In this document: positions 37,441 through 51,950 of the stretch, in pieces | Position numbering within the stretch: the first letter of the stretch is position 1 | Layout of the letters: every line of letters starts with the position of its first letter | Origin: Camelus ferus | Lineage: Eukaryota | DNA: 64,000 bases | NCBI RefSeq assembly: GCF_009834535.1 | Contig: NC_045696.1 | Location: 92,940,001 to 93,004,000 of the forward strand | Direction: 5' to 3' | The notes under the pieces: model-generated | Seen by the model: the letters and a program-made list of their open reading frames with translations, nothing else | Told to the model about the DNA's origin: nothing | Database searches by the model: none | Position numbers and translations under genes: made by a program

Positions 37441-39984
37441 GCAATTTTCCCAGTGTAAAGGTGCTGAAAAGGTCTCCTAAAAAGAGGGAACAGCATGAAC
37501 AATGTGTGAAGAGTAGAATTATGCCAGACATGCAGAAATGCTTTTTTTTCCCTTCCCTGTTTTGACCATCTTGGTGGATGGTGTCCCACTTCCTGACATG
37601 GTGAGGAGGAGAAGGATGGGTGGGGCAGGGGAGAGCTCCCTCTCAGCCATGATGATTTGAGATTCCTACTAGACAGCCATTTGGAGATGTCAAGGTGACA
37701 GAGCCTGGAGTACCAGGCAGAGGTCAGGGCTGGATATAGATTTGGGAATCTCTGGCAGAGGTGGCTTAGAGCTATGGGGTCAGGTGAGGTTGCCCAGGAA
37801 GGAGATGTAGACAGAGCAGAGAAGGGGATCCGGGATATCCTTATTTTAGATGATGAGCAGAAGAGGAGGGTCCAGTAAAGGGGACGAGGAGCACCCGGAC
37901 CAGAGGGAAGAAACCTGGAAGAGACACTGAAGGAGATGATGAAAGTGTTTTAAGAAAGGTCTACACCTAGTCTGAAAAGTTTTAAGTAAATATTGGAAAG
38001 TCAGGATATTTCATATAACAGTGTAGGTCTCAGCCTTTCTTGGACAACTGGCAGGTCTGACAACAAGGGGCCCCACATTCTGCCCGGTGAAACCCAGCCT
38101 GCAGGCGGACGGGGCCTGCGCTCATCCGTGGGCATGCGCCGCCCAGCGGCCCAGCCTCCCACCCGCTGCTCTCGTCTCCCTGACTATTAGGGCTTGTCAG
38201 TCCTCATTTGTCATCATGCTTACATTACTGAAAGTCCCACAGGAGAGAGCTATTTCTCTGTGCGTGAAGTCTCTTCATCAAAGCCAGGAAAACAAAAGGC
38301 AGTCCAAAAGAGCCGTGCATTTAAAAGCAAAATTGGAGAGAGCATATTTCTTTACGGAAGTAATGAATAGTCTACGTGTTTAATAAGGAAACAAAGCCTC
38401 TTCAAGAGAAACTGCTCTGCCTGCTTTACTCGATCATATTACTGCCTTGTCTTCTGTGTGCTTTTGAGTTGACCCTACTCTAAATTCATTTGCAAATTCT
38501 GTTTCCAAAACAAATGCTTCTCAAATGTTTTCATCATGTTATTTTTCCTATTCAATTAACCTCCGTGAGTCCTGACTGTTGGTGCCCATGTTTTCTGAAC
38601 ACAGAATATACAAGCTGATGGAGGATGTTTTTCAAATCTAAACTCACACTTAAGAGCAGTTGTCTTCTGTCCTCTGCTGACTCTCCTCCCAGCTGCCAAT
38701 TGGGAGCCAAGTAGTACGTGTGACAAGGCCTAACATCACCATTTCAAATTCTACCTGAAAGACCATTTTCTAATCAACCAGGCAGTGTCTGTATGGCAGG
38801 AGTAGTTCACGCTGGTCCTTTCCAGAACCCTTGCCACTAGGGAGCTACAGCCAGCCTCAGTGATGGGGTGAGGGGAGTGGGCCCTACATCCTGTGGTCTG
38901 AGCCTTCCTGCCACCCCTCCCTGACCTTCCACTCCTCCTCCAACTCCTTACCTTGCCACCCACGCCCTTTTCCATCACCTCCTGGTGACAGGAAGGTCTT
39001 AATTCTGGGTAGTGATTACATTAAGGCATAATAATATCTTAAATTAGAGGCTTCATCTCCCAAGAGAAGGGAAAACCAGTCTTAGTCAAGTCTTTTCTTG
39101 CAAATTCACAGCAGTTGTTAGAAGCTTGAGGTTAAAATCTTTACCTCTGGGCCAAACTCCTTGCAGTCAAATTCCATTTTTGCCATTTACCTCTTACCAT
39201 CATCTGTAAAATGGGAATAATATTAGACCAACCTCATATGTTGTGAAGATGGTGAATTTACATAATACATGTTAATAAAGTCCTTGATTAATAGTGGTTG
39301 GTGTATAGCAAATGCCCACATTCTTGTTGCTATACTGTATCATTATTACATATTATGACATATGATTACATCTTTTTTCCGTTTAGTTGTTGTATAACCG
39401 CTGTTCTGATGAGTTTCATTCTCTCTGGAATACAACTCCTTCTTTTTTTTTTTTTTTTTTGCAGAATTTTCCGACTTGTGCACAATTCCCTATATCTATC
39501 CTTTCCTACCTATAGAGATAGGAATTTCTGTTTATAATTTATAGACCCATACCTACTTAACAGAAGAAATAGAATATATTCATCTGTAGAGAAATACATA
39601 TTTATAATGTCTTATCAGAAATAGTAGAGGAAGGAAATCACTTATATATGTCAAAATCCTTCACTTGTGTCCAGTCCCATTTGTCTCAGATCTTCCAAAC
39701 CCTTCTTCAATTGATTCTTTACTCTGAATTCCTTTAAATTCATGCATTGAATAAGTGGTCATTTTGCATCATTTTTCATGCTGCTTTGTGATTTCTTTAA
39801 CATCTAGCTTCTTATTTCCATTTTGCTTTTCACCATGAGATGGCAGCGTGCTTTGAACACAGTATGATTTCCGTATGATTCTGGATTTTTTTTAACATTA
39901 ACTCCCTCAAGTGGATTCTCTATCTCCAGGTGCTGTTTCAGTGCATGTTTGTGTAGTTCACTTTAAATAATGTCTTGAACTTAT

Positions 39985-40430
39985 TTTTTAATTTTTGAAC
40001 TTTTCCTTTTGAGAAATTTTTAGACATATAATGGTGGTAAAAATAGCACGAAGAATTCCTGAATACCTTGCACTCAGCTTCCCCAAATGTTAACATCTTA
40101 CATAACCATAGTGCAATTTTCAGAAACAGGAGCTTAATATTGATACAGTACTGTTAGCTAATCTACGGTCTTATTCAGATTTTATCAGTTGTCCCACTAG
40201 TGATATTCTTCTGGACCTGATTCCAACCTATGATCCCACGTTGCATTTGGTTGATATATCATCTCTGTCTCCCCCAATCTGTGAATGTTCTTACCCTTCA
40301 TTTGTCTTTCATGGCCTTGACATTTTTGAAGTGTATTGGCTAGTTATTTTGTAGAACGTCCCTTTGTTTTTGGTCTGTCTAATATTTTCTCATGATTAAA
40401 TTCGGGTCACGCATTGTTGGCAAAAGTCCC
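39985..40430 (-). mobile_element. Old L1MC-type 3' fragment
   Basis: Similar to the 15050-16070 element (gttaacatcttacataaccatagt..., gttattttgtagaacgtcc). Confidence 0.7.
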
Positions 40431-40942
40431 ACAAGCCTGACCCAATGCCACTTCCACTATGGGGTGAAGAGTCCTTTCACGCTGGCAAAGAAGACACATC
40501 AGAATTTAGGGGCTCCACGCCCCCAGCTTCACCAGAGTCTTCCCACATGTGTCTGTGGTAGCTCACAGAACCCCAGTTTTTCCCCCAGTCAATGCCCTCA
40601 CTTTGATAGTAGACACTCTTTGTAGCTGGGAGTTTAACTCATAATTCAGTTAATCACAGGATGAATTGAGCAGGTTATTACAACTAGACAAAGTTCTCAG
40701 GCAAAGAGTTCTAGGAGTTTGAAGTGAGCCTCCTTCTGTGAGTAGAAACAAGTGCTGAGAAGACACAGTCAGGGAATGGGTGCATCTGCCACAGGGGTTT
40801 CCTTGAGCAAAATTGGGATGCCATTACTAGAATATGGAGACTAAAGTCTGGGCAGGAGGAAATGGTAGATATTCATTTCCCACCAATGCCATCCTGTGAT
40901 TTTACAGAAACAGTTTTCTGCGGGTCAAATTGCTATATATGT

Positions 40943-41800
40943 TGTATCAGTTAGGATGCTTCTAGCTACAAGTAGGAGCTTATCAAAGTACAAGTGGCTT
41001 AAAAAATACAGATTGTATCTGGCATGATCGGCTACGGCTACATTGCACCGTGGTGACACCCTCTATCAGTGGCTGCATACAACGAAGTTTATTTCTCACT
41101 TATGCAGAGTCAGCGGAGGGTTCAGAAGGCTCTCTACAGCAGCTGTGCTGAGGCATTGGCTCATCTTTCCAGGCTGCTTGGACCTTTGGCTGAAGAGTGG
41201 CAGGGAGTTAAACACTGGGCATGAAACAACACTTTCCGTCACGTATTTCAAGTCATAGGGCTGTGCTTTGGAGGCAGGAAGTGCTGTGCTCCTGCGTGTC
41301 CAGAGTAGAGAAGAACAGGACGTCTGCAATCAGAGGTGACAAGTACTCCCCAGGGTTTATTTTTCTCTCCAATAGAAAATCGAGAGGTAGTCCCACGGTT
41401 GTTGTGGTGGCTCAGCAGTTATTGGAGACGCAGGTATTTTCTGTCTTTCCAATCCGGCATCCTCGATTTTTCAGGGACACCTTTTTGTCACAAGACAACA
41501 AAAGCATCTCCAAATGTCACGTCCTTTCATGTCAGTATCCAAAAGCAGGAAGAGAAGGGCGGGGGTCTCCTTGCCTCTTTGTCAGTGGAATGGGGCCGCT
41601 TTCCCAACCAGGGGAGAAAATCTTCACAACAGACTTCCCATTACACCTCACTGGTCAGAACTGGCTCACACGGCCACTTCTACTGCAGGTGAGCCTGAAA
41701 AGGAAGCATCTGACATTTTCAGCCTCTCTCATGAGAGGCCGGCTCTGCCAGTGTAGAAAAAGGGGTCGGGGGGTGGCTGATGAGTTCAGTGTCAACAGGA
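40943..41800 (-). mobile_element. Old MaLR (MLT1-type) LTR fragments
   Basis: tgtatcagttaggatgcttctagctacaagt..., cagacttcccattacacctcactggtcagaactggctcacacggccact. Confidence 0.6.
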
Positions 41801-42730
41801 CAAGATACAAGGCAAGAACATTCTCTGTATCCAAGAACGGCAGTATCAAATATTTGCCCCAGATTACCACGCCATTGAAACTTCACTTCCTGAACTCCCA
41901 CCTTGTGGGACTCAGAATTACAGTCACTGCTGGCAGAGTTGTATTCAGTCACAATCCCCTATTCCTGAGAAAATTGAGTCTTACCTGAGATCCAATATCA
42001 AGCAAACTCCTGGGAACAACTCTCTTTGGCTGATCGGATGAGAAATAATGGCTTTTGCTTGATAATTCAGAGCAATTTAAAAGAAGCTTCCATTGTACAG
42101 AATTTTTTGGAACTCATAATCAAAGCAGTAGACTACAGATGAGTAGGAAACTAGGGCTTGATTATGAAATTTTTCCTTCCTGGAAAGGCAAACCACAACG
42201 TGGCTTATTTTCTAAACAGCCAACTTTCTGACACTAGGCAAATAAGCGTAAAGCATTACATAACCTGTGACTGTGTATTTTAGAGTCAAACACATTCTCT
42301 GGGACTTTAATAACAGAAAAAAACAGAAGTGATGGTAGCAGAGACTCCTGTTTCAAAGGACGATTGACTGACATCTTCCAGTTAACTTGCTTATGACAAC
42401 AAAAGAAAAAAGTTGCAATGCCATTAAAAGCTGAAACTTAAAAATGATTATAATAAACTAGGAACAAATTCACTATCTAAAACAAAATAGAGCTGGACTG
42501 AGGAAAAAAAAATATTCAGTCTTTTATTCTGGAAGCAAAGACAGTGTAAAAACAGTAGGAAGATTCTTTATATCCCCTCTATTGGCCTCAGAGTCTGCAC
42601 CAACCAAAAAAGAAACACCTGCCTCTTTAAGGAGGCCAGAAGAATTCCTCCCCAATCCCTTCTTCTAGATTATTTCAGAGATTTCACTCCTGCCCCCTCC
42701 CCTTTCCCCCCCCCCACACTGACTGTGAAA

Positions 42731-42851
42731 ACTACACTTCCCAGAATGCAGCGCACCCCTGGGATGTCACAGAGCAAGCCCCTTGAGAGGGGGCTGGGTA
42801 GAAAGAACCCTGGGGGCAGTATGTTGCTGGGATTGTAGAATTCCTCACGTC
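42731..42851. promoter_or_regulatory. Opposite-strand ZNF143/THAP11 (SBS) motif pair plus a CRE-like CACGTCA
   Basis: ACTACACTTCCCAGAATGCA at 42731-42750; minus-strand CTACAATCCCAGCAACAT at 42821-42838. Confidence 0.55.
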
Positions 42852-45708
42852 ATCCTGCTCTGGGTTTAGGAACAGGATGGGGTCAAAGACAACACATTTG
42901 TGAGGTCATGAGGGCTTCTGGGGACTCCTCAACTTACAGGAGACTCCCCTTTTCTGCCCTCAGTACATTTAGTAACCCTAACCCAGTTTCAGAGTGCTAT
43001 GGAAACACGCTTTATGAGCGTTGCTTGTGGTATGTGTGCGATATGTGATACATAACATTTAAGGAATACCTACTAAGTGTCGTCCACTATTTTCAACATT
43101 TTATATGGATCAATAAATAATCCTCATGAAGTAGGTGCTATTATTTATTTTTATTTCACATAGAAAGAAACTGAAGCACAGGGAGTTTAAACTGCTTGCT
43201 CAGTTTTTCAGTTAGTAAGTAGGGGAGTTGGGATTTGAACCTGGAGATTCTTGCTCTCAATTCCACCCTTTTAATTACATTTCTATGCTGTCCTTGAAAT
43301 ATATGTGGTGACGAAGGAGTTGTTTGTATTGGTGTATTTGTATAGGAATAAACAAATACACACAAACATGCATACGATCATCAACTGATCAAGATGAAGA
43401 CAGAGAAAGTCACTAGCTAATAAGTTGGTACTAATATAGTGCAAGGTAGGCTGGGAATATAAGTAAAATCTGTCTTTCAAGCCAAGGCCCCAAAACACAG
43501 AGAAAATAGGTGAGGAGACCCTGGTGGAAACACAGAGAAAGATGGATACTCAAACCAGGTAAAATGTTGCTACTGGTAGACCAGGCTCCTAGCCATGTCT
43601 GCATTGTCAGACCACACCCAGTTCATGGCATTACAATCCTAAGCAAACCACCTCAGGAAGGAATAACTTTCACAGACTGCTTTTAACTCAGAATTCGATA
43701 AGGGACATCGCTACTTGTCATTTGCAGAGAAGGGTAGGAATACTGCTCTGTCTTGTCCTGTTAGCCATATGTTCTCTGCCCCTCAGTGCCTGCCAAGACC
43801 AGAAGATGGGTGATAGCATTTCTCCCACCCTCCCCTTGTCTCCTTGATGTTATTTGGAGGTACATGGGTGCACGGGGTGAGAGAGACAGATAAACATCTT
43901 TTCAAATATGCCCATCTTTATGTTTGCTTTCAGGTCTTAAGTAACTGTTGGTAGTAACAACAATAGAAAGATGTGAGCACATGTATTCTAGAACTCTGCA
44001 AGGAGAGACATTGGTTATATAAAACTTCCAAACTTACAAAAGGAAAAAATGGAGCCAAGGAAATACAACAAATTACAAAAAAAAAGCACGAAAGAAAAAT
44101 ATCAAGGAAAAATAAGATCGCAGAGGTAAGTCTGAAGTAGTTCAGTATTGGCAATAAATGTGAGTGACTCTCAGACTGGATTAAAGTCTAAAAGTGATCT
44201 GTACAAGAGCTGTCTAAGAAAAATGACTTAGAAAGACTGAAAAACAAAGGGATGAAAAACATCTCCCAGGTAAATACTGGTTAAGGGCTTGTCTCCTCTT
44301 TCTGTCTGTTGCAGCTGATTGTAGGGAACCCAGCAGAAAGCTCCAAAGACACCTAAGAAGCACCAGACCCGTCAGGGGTTGTAGCCTGGGGTTGGTGAAA
44401 TTGAATGGAAAAAAAAAAATTGCATCTCTATTTTCACTAATCTCTAATAGAATTTTAATATTACTTCCATTCACTACAGGCAAAAAACTATAGTAACTAG
44501 TAGATCTAAAATAGATATTAAATCCAATAAAGTCAGTGTAGAAGGATATTAACCATCTGTACTCCAAAGTGATAGCGGACATTGATAAGCTGTCTCGATT
44601 ATTGAGGATCCCCCCCCCCCCCCAGTTTCACCATAGAATTGGCCTAGTTCAAGTACAGAGGCTCAGATGGCCTCACCCTTCTTGGAGACTCTGAGTCTCT
44701 CAACTCTTCTGAGTCTTCACCTAAATATTAAAGGACCAATGAGAGATAATTAAGCTCACATTCCTTCCCAGCACTGACTTTTCTCATGGAGTTTTCATTT
44801 GAGGGAATCTCCAGAATTCTTTTTGGGTTTGCACGAGAAAATACAAGTATTTAGATCCTTATAAAAAGATAGTATTATCCTAAGACAGGAGGTTTTGGGG
44901 GGGGGTGGAATTTAGGTTTTATCAGAACTTGAAAGCTGAAAGCAAAAAGGGATTTGAGTTTCGAAATAGACTCTGGGCCTGGGGGGGAAGGTGTGATTCT
45001 GAAATTTCAAATCTGGGTAAAACCAATAGCCTTTGAAAAGCCTTATTACCTGTCTGACTTAATTTGTCTTAAGGCGCCATTTTTTCCAAGCACAATGGGA
45101 GAAGTGTTATTTTTTTTGAAAAGCAAATTTCTAAAGCAGGTAAAAATTTTCAAATTTCACTAAACATTTCTTTAAAAGTTATTAGAAAATTTAGAGAATT
45201 CCCTGAGCCCAGCTAAAGTGAATAAATCTGTGAATGTTAATTTCTTGGTCTTGCTTAAGGATGGTAACTGCTCAGGCAACACAAAACAGAAAATTGGCAG
45301 GTGGACAACTCATTCCTTACACAGCTTTTTTCACTCTGGCAACTTGCTCAATACATATTGTTAATTCATTAGAGTTTATAAATTTCCATAATTATGCACA
45401 ATAGTATGAACAAAATTGGAAAGCACCAAGAGTGTTTTTAAAAAATAACTCATTTAAAAGTTGAGCTGTTTGATTCCAGAAAGCGTTCACATTAAATATA
45501 GAAACTTGGAATAAAAAAATGTTTTTAGATTCTATGTAATTGAAGAGATTTATGAATCAGTGGGTGAGAATATAGTTTTTTTGTTGTTGATTGAGCAAAA
45601 ACAGAAGAGATTGACACAATTTTTTTGAATTGCCACTGGAGCCTGTCTTGTACCAACCAGTTGGTACTTTGTTCTGGAGGTTCTCGAACAGAGTCTCCGA
45701 AAGGGCAG

Positions 45709-46098
45709 TGTTGTGGGTTGAATTGTGTGACCCCCTCCCCTCCACCCCAGAAGGATGCCCAGGGTCTTTCTAGGGCTCATAAAATTAAAACAAGTTCATT
45801 AGAGTGAGTCCTAATCCAGTATGACTGGTGTCCTTCCAAATAGGGGACATCTGGCCCTAGAGATAGGCACGCATAGCAGAGAAGCGAAGTGAAAAGACAC
45901 AGGGAGAAGACGGCCGTGTACCAGCCAAAGAGAGAGGCCTTGAACAGGTCCTTCCCTCACCGACCTCAGAAGGAACCAACCCTGCTGACATCCTGATTTT
46001 TGATTTCTAGCCTCCAGAGCTACAAGATAATACATTTCGGTTGTTTAAGCCACCCAGTTTGTGGCACTTTGTCATGGCAGCCGTAGCGGACTAATACA
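45709..46098 (+). mobile_element. MLT1B/C-type MaLR solo LTR
   Basis: Starts tgttgtgggttgaattgtgt; contains ctaatccagtatgactggtgtcctt and aaggaaccaaccctgctgaca; ends ctaataca. Confidence 0.88.
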
Positions 46099-49000
46099 GG
46101 TGGTTAGTGTACAAGGCTGTGTGGGGTTGTGAGTGGAAGGACATCCCCTTTCTCTTCCCCTCCCTGGCATAGGACTTGTAAAGTGCTAGGACAATGGAAG
46201 GAGACAGATTCTTTAAGAAAGTATAATAGTAAACAAATGGGCAAAAACGGACCAGAGTACACGTGCTGCAGATTCTGAATGCCTTAGGCTGCTGGAAAGG
46301 GAGTCGCTGTTCTCAGTCTTACTGAGGAAGTGGTTGTATTGGAAGCTCCGACCAGGGAAGACAAGATAAGCCCGGGAGAGATGTCATTCTGCAGAGAGTT
46401 TTAGGCAGGCTAGGCTCCTCACCACTGCCCCCGTGGGAATGGGGCAGGCAATATCCTCAGTGAGAGCCTCAGAGCCTTGGACAGTGGAGGGAAGGGGAAA
46501 GTGAGGCCTGCTGTGGGGAAGGTGCATGGCTCTTCCAGGACCAGGCGGGCCCTGCTTCAGAAATGAAGTGTCATGTAAAGCCACTGAGTGTGCCGCAAAT
46601 GGGCTATGGGAGCATTTGAAAGTAGGGCCTTCTAGGACCCAAGGTGATGCATGATGACTCGAGCCACTTGGGGACGATGGAAGCACTGGGGGTGCATAGG
46701 GCAGTTCTTCTGCCTCTGATGGTGGAGAATGAATGGGGTGACAAAATGAGACCACTGAGTCCATTACATTTAAGGAAAATATTTTCCCCAAAGGCAGCCC
46801 AGCTAGAAATAATTCAATCAGTAAACCCCTAGGATTAATTCATACTGACTTTTTTTTTTTTTTCTGAAGGCTAGACATCTGAATCCTTGGTGATCTGTTG
46901 GTGGCAACAGATAGTCCACTTTTTCCCCCAAGCACACAGCACACCAGTTCAGAAAAAACAAAAACAAAAAGAAAAAAACACAATTTAAAGATTTCTGTCT
47001 TGGATACATTCTGATCAGGGAAGAAATTTTGAGAGCTGTTTACCACCAAAAGCATTTCAATTGTTTGAGGTTAAAAGTCTAGGACTAGTCCATTGTCACC
47101 TGCAGAAGCATCAACAACCCAGGATACTTAGTAGGTGGGAACTAAGCAGTATTGGAACTCAACAGTCAATCTAGTAAAAGGCCGGCTAGGTTACCATCAA
47201 GTTTATAAAGCTTGTTTGAAGGTTGGACCAAACCAGGACTCAGAATGCCCTTCTGTTGGTCTGGGAGTCGGTGGAGAGAGGATCTGCTATTTCTCAGGAG
47301 GCTGACCTTATCTCCCATGAGAATGTTAATAGCCTCTACTCCAAAGCCATGAAGGGTGCCCTCCATTCTCCCCAGGAGTACAGAGAGAGGTGCTATGGGA
47401 GGGTGACACTTGAAACTGAGGGCATAGGGCTCAGTAATTCCACCTTTCAGGTGCATGAGGTGATTTCTACCAATCCTAAATAGGGAAGAAGTGGCGCCTT
47501 ATAAATTGCTTTAATATGGAGCCAGCAGTGTCCCTACGGGGATTGCAAATGGTATACAAGAAGCAGAGTGACCTGTGACGTGTGTGGGTGTGACAGCGGG
47601 AGTGCTAGTGGTGGAGAGCTGTGTGTGAGCTGTCAGTCCTGGGAGATTAGCTACAAGACTAGGGACTGAAAGGTGTAGGCAACGTATGGATGGAGAAGCC
47701 TCAGTACATTTTCCCCCACAAGTGGGGCTGGGGAGGGACACTGGCCTTTGTGAGGACTGAGAAGTTTCCATGGAGGGGAGCACAGCAGGATGGGTCTGTT
47801 TTCTCCTTCTCCTGTTCTCATTGGTGAGAAAACACACAGGAACACGTTTGATGATGCCCACAGGGTTTCTGAGCACTGAAAGTGCGCATCACCAGAAAGT
47901 TATAGCATCCTAAATGAAGATAGCTATGAATACCTCTTTCCCTCCATCCCTCCCCTCTCCCCTCTCCCAGAATGCTCTACCCAAGAACCACAAAAATGGC
48001 ATTTGGCAAGGTGAAGGGATGATTGTCTGCACACAGAAAAAGGATATCCTAAAGGTGTAAAATTAAGGAGAAGCCTTCTTAGTGTCCAAGGAGCCTTGGG
48101 GAAGATAAAGATGGAGTAGAAGAGGTTTCTCTGCTGTCTCTGGTGGTGGCTGTGTGGGTGTCTTAGGGGTTAAGAACTAAGGTCCAACTCCAGTAAAATG
48201 TCAAATCTGAGGAAATTCACTGTTTTATGTATTCTTTTGGACTCTATGTGTCTGATGGGCGAGAAGTAAGACAGCTTCAATATAGACTTTACTACCCCAC
48301 TCTTTCCATGAGAAGCCAAAAATACTAGGGTTTCAGGAACATATGTGATTTTTTTTCCCCTAGGCTGAGGGCGTAGAACTCGAAAGACTGGGCATAATTT
48401 AAGAACTACGACTTGCATTATGGTTCTCCTATTATTCCTTGCCAGCCTGTTACCGCTGGGGGACGGGGAAGATTGAAGTGTGATGAACGCCCCTGGATGT
48501 GAGCCTACTGTGCGTCAGGTTTATGTGCACATAGTACCTTATTTACCCTCACAAAACTTCAGGAAGTAGATATTATTACCTTCGTTTTCCATGAAGGACT
48601 TGAATTTCAATCGGGTTAGATGGTTTGACCAATGTCAAGAGTGGTCTGACCATGCTGAAGAACTTGGGTTCAAATTTAGTTCTTCCTTCACTACTCTGAA
48701 GCCCTGTCCGGGTTCTGTTCATTTTACTACACCGTCTCCTAGGATGTATTTGCGTGTGTGCCTGTGAAGAGACCTTGTTTTGAGTAGAATGACACTGCTT
48801 ACATAGCCAAAGGCTAGATGTCTCTCCCCCTGAGGTCTTCACCTTGGCAGCTTTAGGATAAACATTTATGACTGATCCTCACCTCTGCCTTAAAGTAGGG
48901 GTTGTCTTGTTCAATTATTTTTTGAACACCTTTATCAAGCGAGTCACTTTCAAAATGCATCATTCCCCTGAATGTATTCACAGGCGGAACACTGAGTGAA

Positions 49001-50868
49001 TTCAGCGGGAGATGAAAAGGATTTGAGGGGCCTTCACCAGAAATGTTGATTTATATGCACATATTTTTCCCAAGTGAGATTTGTAAATTATAATATTTTA
49101 TTCAATTTCTTTCTTCTTAGTCATGCAAAATATTCTGGAAACAACAAATTTCATTGCATCAAAGAGGAAAAAAAAAAGGTGACAGTACCAGGTCTGTTGC
49201 AGTGGGGGTGGGGCAGGAGAGAATGAAATAACCTTTACTGAAAATTGAAATCCAAATGGCTACAGATGATGGAGTTGGTATTGTGCCATTTAGCTTGTTT
49301 TGATGACTGCACTTTTCAGAATCTCCCATAGTCAATAGTAGTAAACAAAACCTTTGAAAATGTTACTTCTCAGAGGTCTTACAATCACAGGAAAAAAAAC
49401 CCAAGTCTAGCCTGAGTCTTACCTTTGATAAGATCAGAGTTTCATTTGCTTGTCCATTTTACGCTTTGCCTATAAACATACTTAACAAGGTGATGCTCAG
49501 TAATTTTCCTTCTTTTGTAAAGACTAACCTCTTTTCTGGGTGGAGACATTCTTTTGGATTTGTAAGGGTCTCTGAATCTATTGTATCTTGCATAGTTGTG
49601 CTAAGTCTTAACTCTGTGTTGGGGGTGCCCGAGGAAGCTTTTCTCCTTCCTCAGTTAACACTTACCATGCTTTATTTAGTGGCAGACAGCAAAGAATGCA
49701 GTAGATGATATCTGAGAGCTATGAAACCCATAAAGTTTTCCTAAGAATTCTAAAACAAATTGTTTTAATATATAATCTGAGATGATGAATATTAATATTC
49801 AGGGGTTCTCTAACAAGAAACTGTGACAGGGAGAGCCATGATAAGAGAATTGTACTGTATTTACTCACATTTTTCTCTACGTAACCATGACTGTCCACTT
49901 CCCAACCTCCTGCCAACGCTACCTCTAATTTTGATGATAAAATCTATTTTCTCCTAAGGCAGTTTTTTTCTGGGTTGGTGGAGGTGCTGCTGGCAATGGC
50001 AGTAGATGATGTGGTGGGGGTGGGGTGGGGCAGGGACCTTGTTAGAGCAGTGGAAGAGGCCAGAAAGATCCTGCTCCTGGAGTGTCTCCTAAAGGTTGCA
50101 AAACTGGATGACTTCTTAGCATATGGCTTTCTTCTCTGGGGCTCCCAGGCCTTTGGTTATACTTGAAGGGATTTTAACTTGCGTGATTTCGCCTCACTGC
50201 CTTACTGCTGTTGTAAAGTGTTTTCCTTAAAGGGGAGTAATTACTTAAACAAACACGTAACGCTTCTGTAGCTGCCTGCTCGTGTTTATTCGCCTGGAAT
50301 GAACCTAGTTCAGAATATTTATAACCAAAAAATACAGGGTTTATATTCTCTCATGTCTCAGGTTTACAAGTGTTCATATGTTGTAAAGGCTCCTCTTCCA
50401 GAAGACTTTAAATGATACTCGAGTGTACCAATGTTGCACTTTCAAAAGCACAATCCTTAGTTTTTAATTTCTTGTAATAAACACTGAGGAGTATTCCAAG
50501 TTGAAGATGTCTGTTAATTCTCGTGCAATGCTCCATTCTTTCTTCTTTTAGATTGTATTAGATCTTTCTCACAATTTCCAGAAAGAAATATAGTTGTGAT
50601 TTTTTATTTTATTTTATTTTATTTTGTCTGAGTGTCCCTCCTATAGCTCTGGAGTATACCGGGAAAGATTGTAGCCATTTGCCTGCCTCTAGCCAGGGTC
50701 TCTGTTGGTTATAGCAGAACTCCTGATGTTCATGGTGAATATCTAGTCTTGGTTTTAGGAGCAAGCCCACAGGGGAATTAAAAAGCATAAACACCAAAAC
50801 TAAAATAATAAAGAAGAGAAAAATGGTAATGAATGCCAGGTAGGAATAATAACCTGTGTAATAAAAAG

Positions 50869-51231
50869 TGTCTTAGTCTACTTGAGTTGTTATAACAAAA
50901 TACTAGAGCCTGGGTGGTTTATAAACAACAGGAATTTAGTTCTCATAGTTTTGAAGCTTGGGACATCCAAGATTAAGGCACCAGTTGATTTGGAGTCTGG
51001 CGAGAGCTCCTTTCTCAGTTCATAGAGGTCTGTTTTCTTGCTTTAACTACCCGTGGCAGAAGGGATGTGGGAGCCCTCTGGCTCTCTTTTATAAGGTAAC
51101 TAATCCCATTCATTAGGTCATAATCATAGCCTAATCACCTCCCAAAGGCCCCATTTCCAAGTGCCTTCACACTGGGCATTAGGTTTACAACGTATGAATT
51201 TGGGGGAAACACAAATATTCAATTTATTGCA
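50869..51231 (-). mobile_element. MLT1A-type MaLR solo LTR
   Basis: tgtcttagtc...ataacaaaatac...ctaatcacctcccaaaggcccc...tatgaatttggggg. Confidence 0.85.
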
Positions 51232-51419
51232 GCAAGGGCTTAAAATGAGGTATACTTCTCCACATCTTGAGTGTTGTCAAGACTGAACTGAGAAATACAC
51301 AAGAAAAATTTCCCCCCTTTAAGGGCTTAATAGAATGAGGATCCCTTCAGTATTCAATAAACCATCCCTTGCCAGAGTGAGGAGCCTCCAACACACACAC
51401 ATACACACACACACAAAAC

Positions 51420-51950
51420 CAGGTTGAAGGCAGTTCTATAAAAAGTATCCAAAATGAAGCACACAGAGGAAACAAAATTGCAAATAGAGAAACAAATGGT
51501 AGAAACATGTGGGACTCAGTGAAAAGGTTTAACATATGTTTAATTATGATCTCAAAAGGAGAGGGGAGGAGAATGGGGCAGAAATACTTGAAGATATAAT
51601 GGCTAAAAGTTTTCCAAAAACAACAATTTACAAAATCAAAAAGGTCAACCAAATACAAATGAAATAAAAACTTTAAATCTCATTGTGACATAAGATTGTT
51701 GAGAATCAAAGACAAAATAAAATCTTAAAAACAAAGAACAAAGACACATTCCTTTCAAAGGATCACCAGTAACACTGACAGAAGATTTCTCAATCAAAAC
51801 AGTAAGAGCCAGGGGACAATTGAATGACAGTTTTAAAGTGCTCAACAAAATAATTTTCTCAACCTAGATTTCTATATATCACCAGAGAAGATGAAGATGA
51901 AATAAAAATTTTGTTGAGACAAACAAGACTCAGGAGAATTCATTGCCAGG
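51420..51950 (+). mobile_element. Old L1 ORF1 fragment
   Basis: A-rich ORF1-like text (gaaatacttgaagatataatggctaaaagttttccaaa; gatttctcaatcaaaacagtaagagccagg; caacctagatttctata). Confidence 0.7.

Noticed and set aside
41221..41988. 255-aa ORF
   Set aside because: Overlaps degenerate MLT1 LTR sequence, with no recognisable domain or splice context.
47166..47483. Overlapping 86-aa and 96-aa ORFs as a possible retrocopy
   Set aside because: No recognisable protein, poly(A) or TSD.
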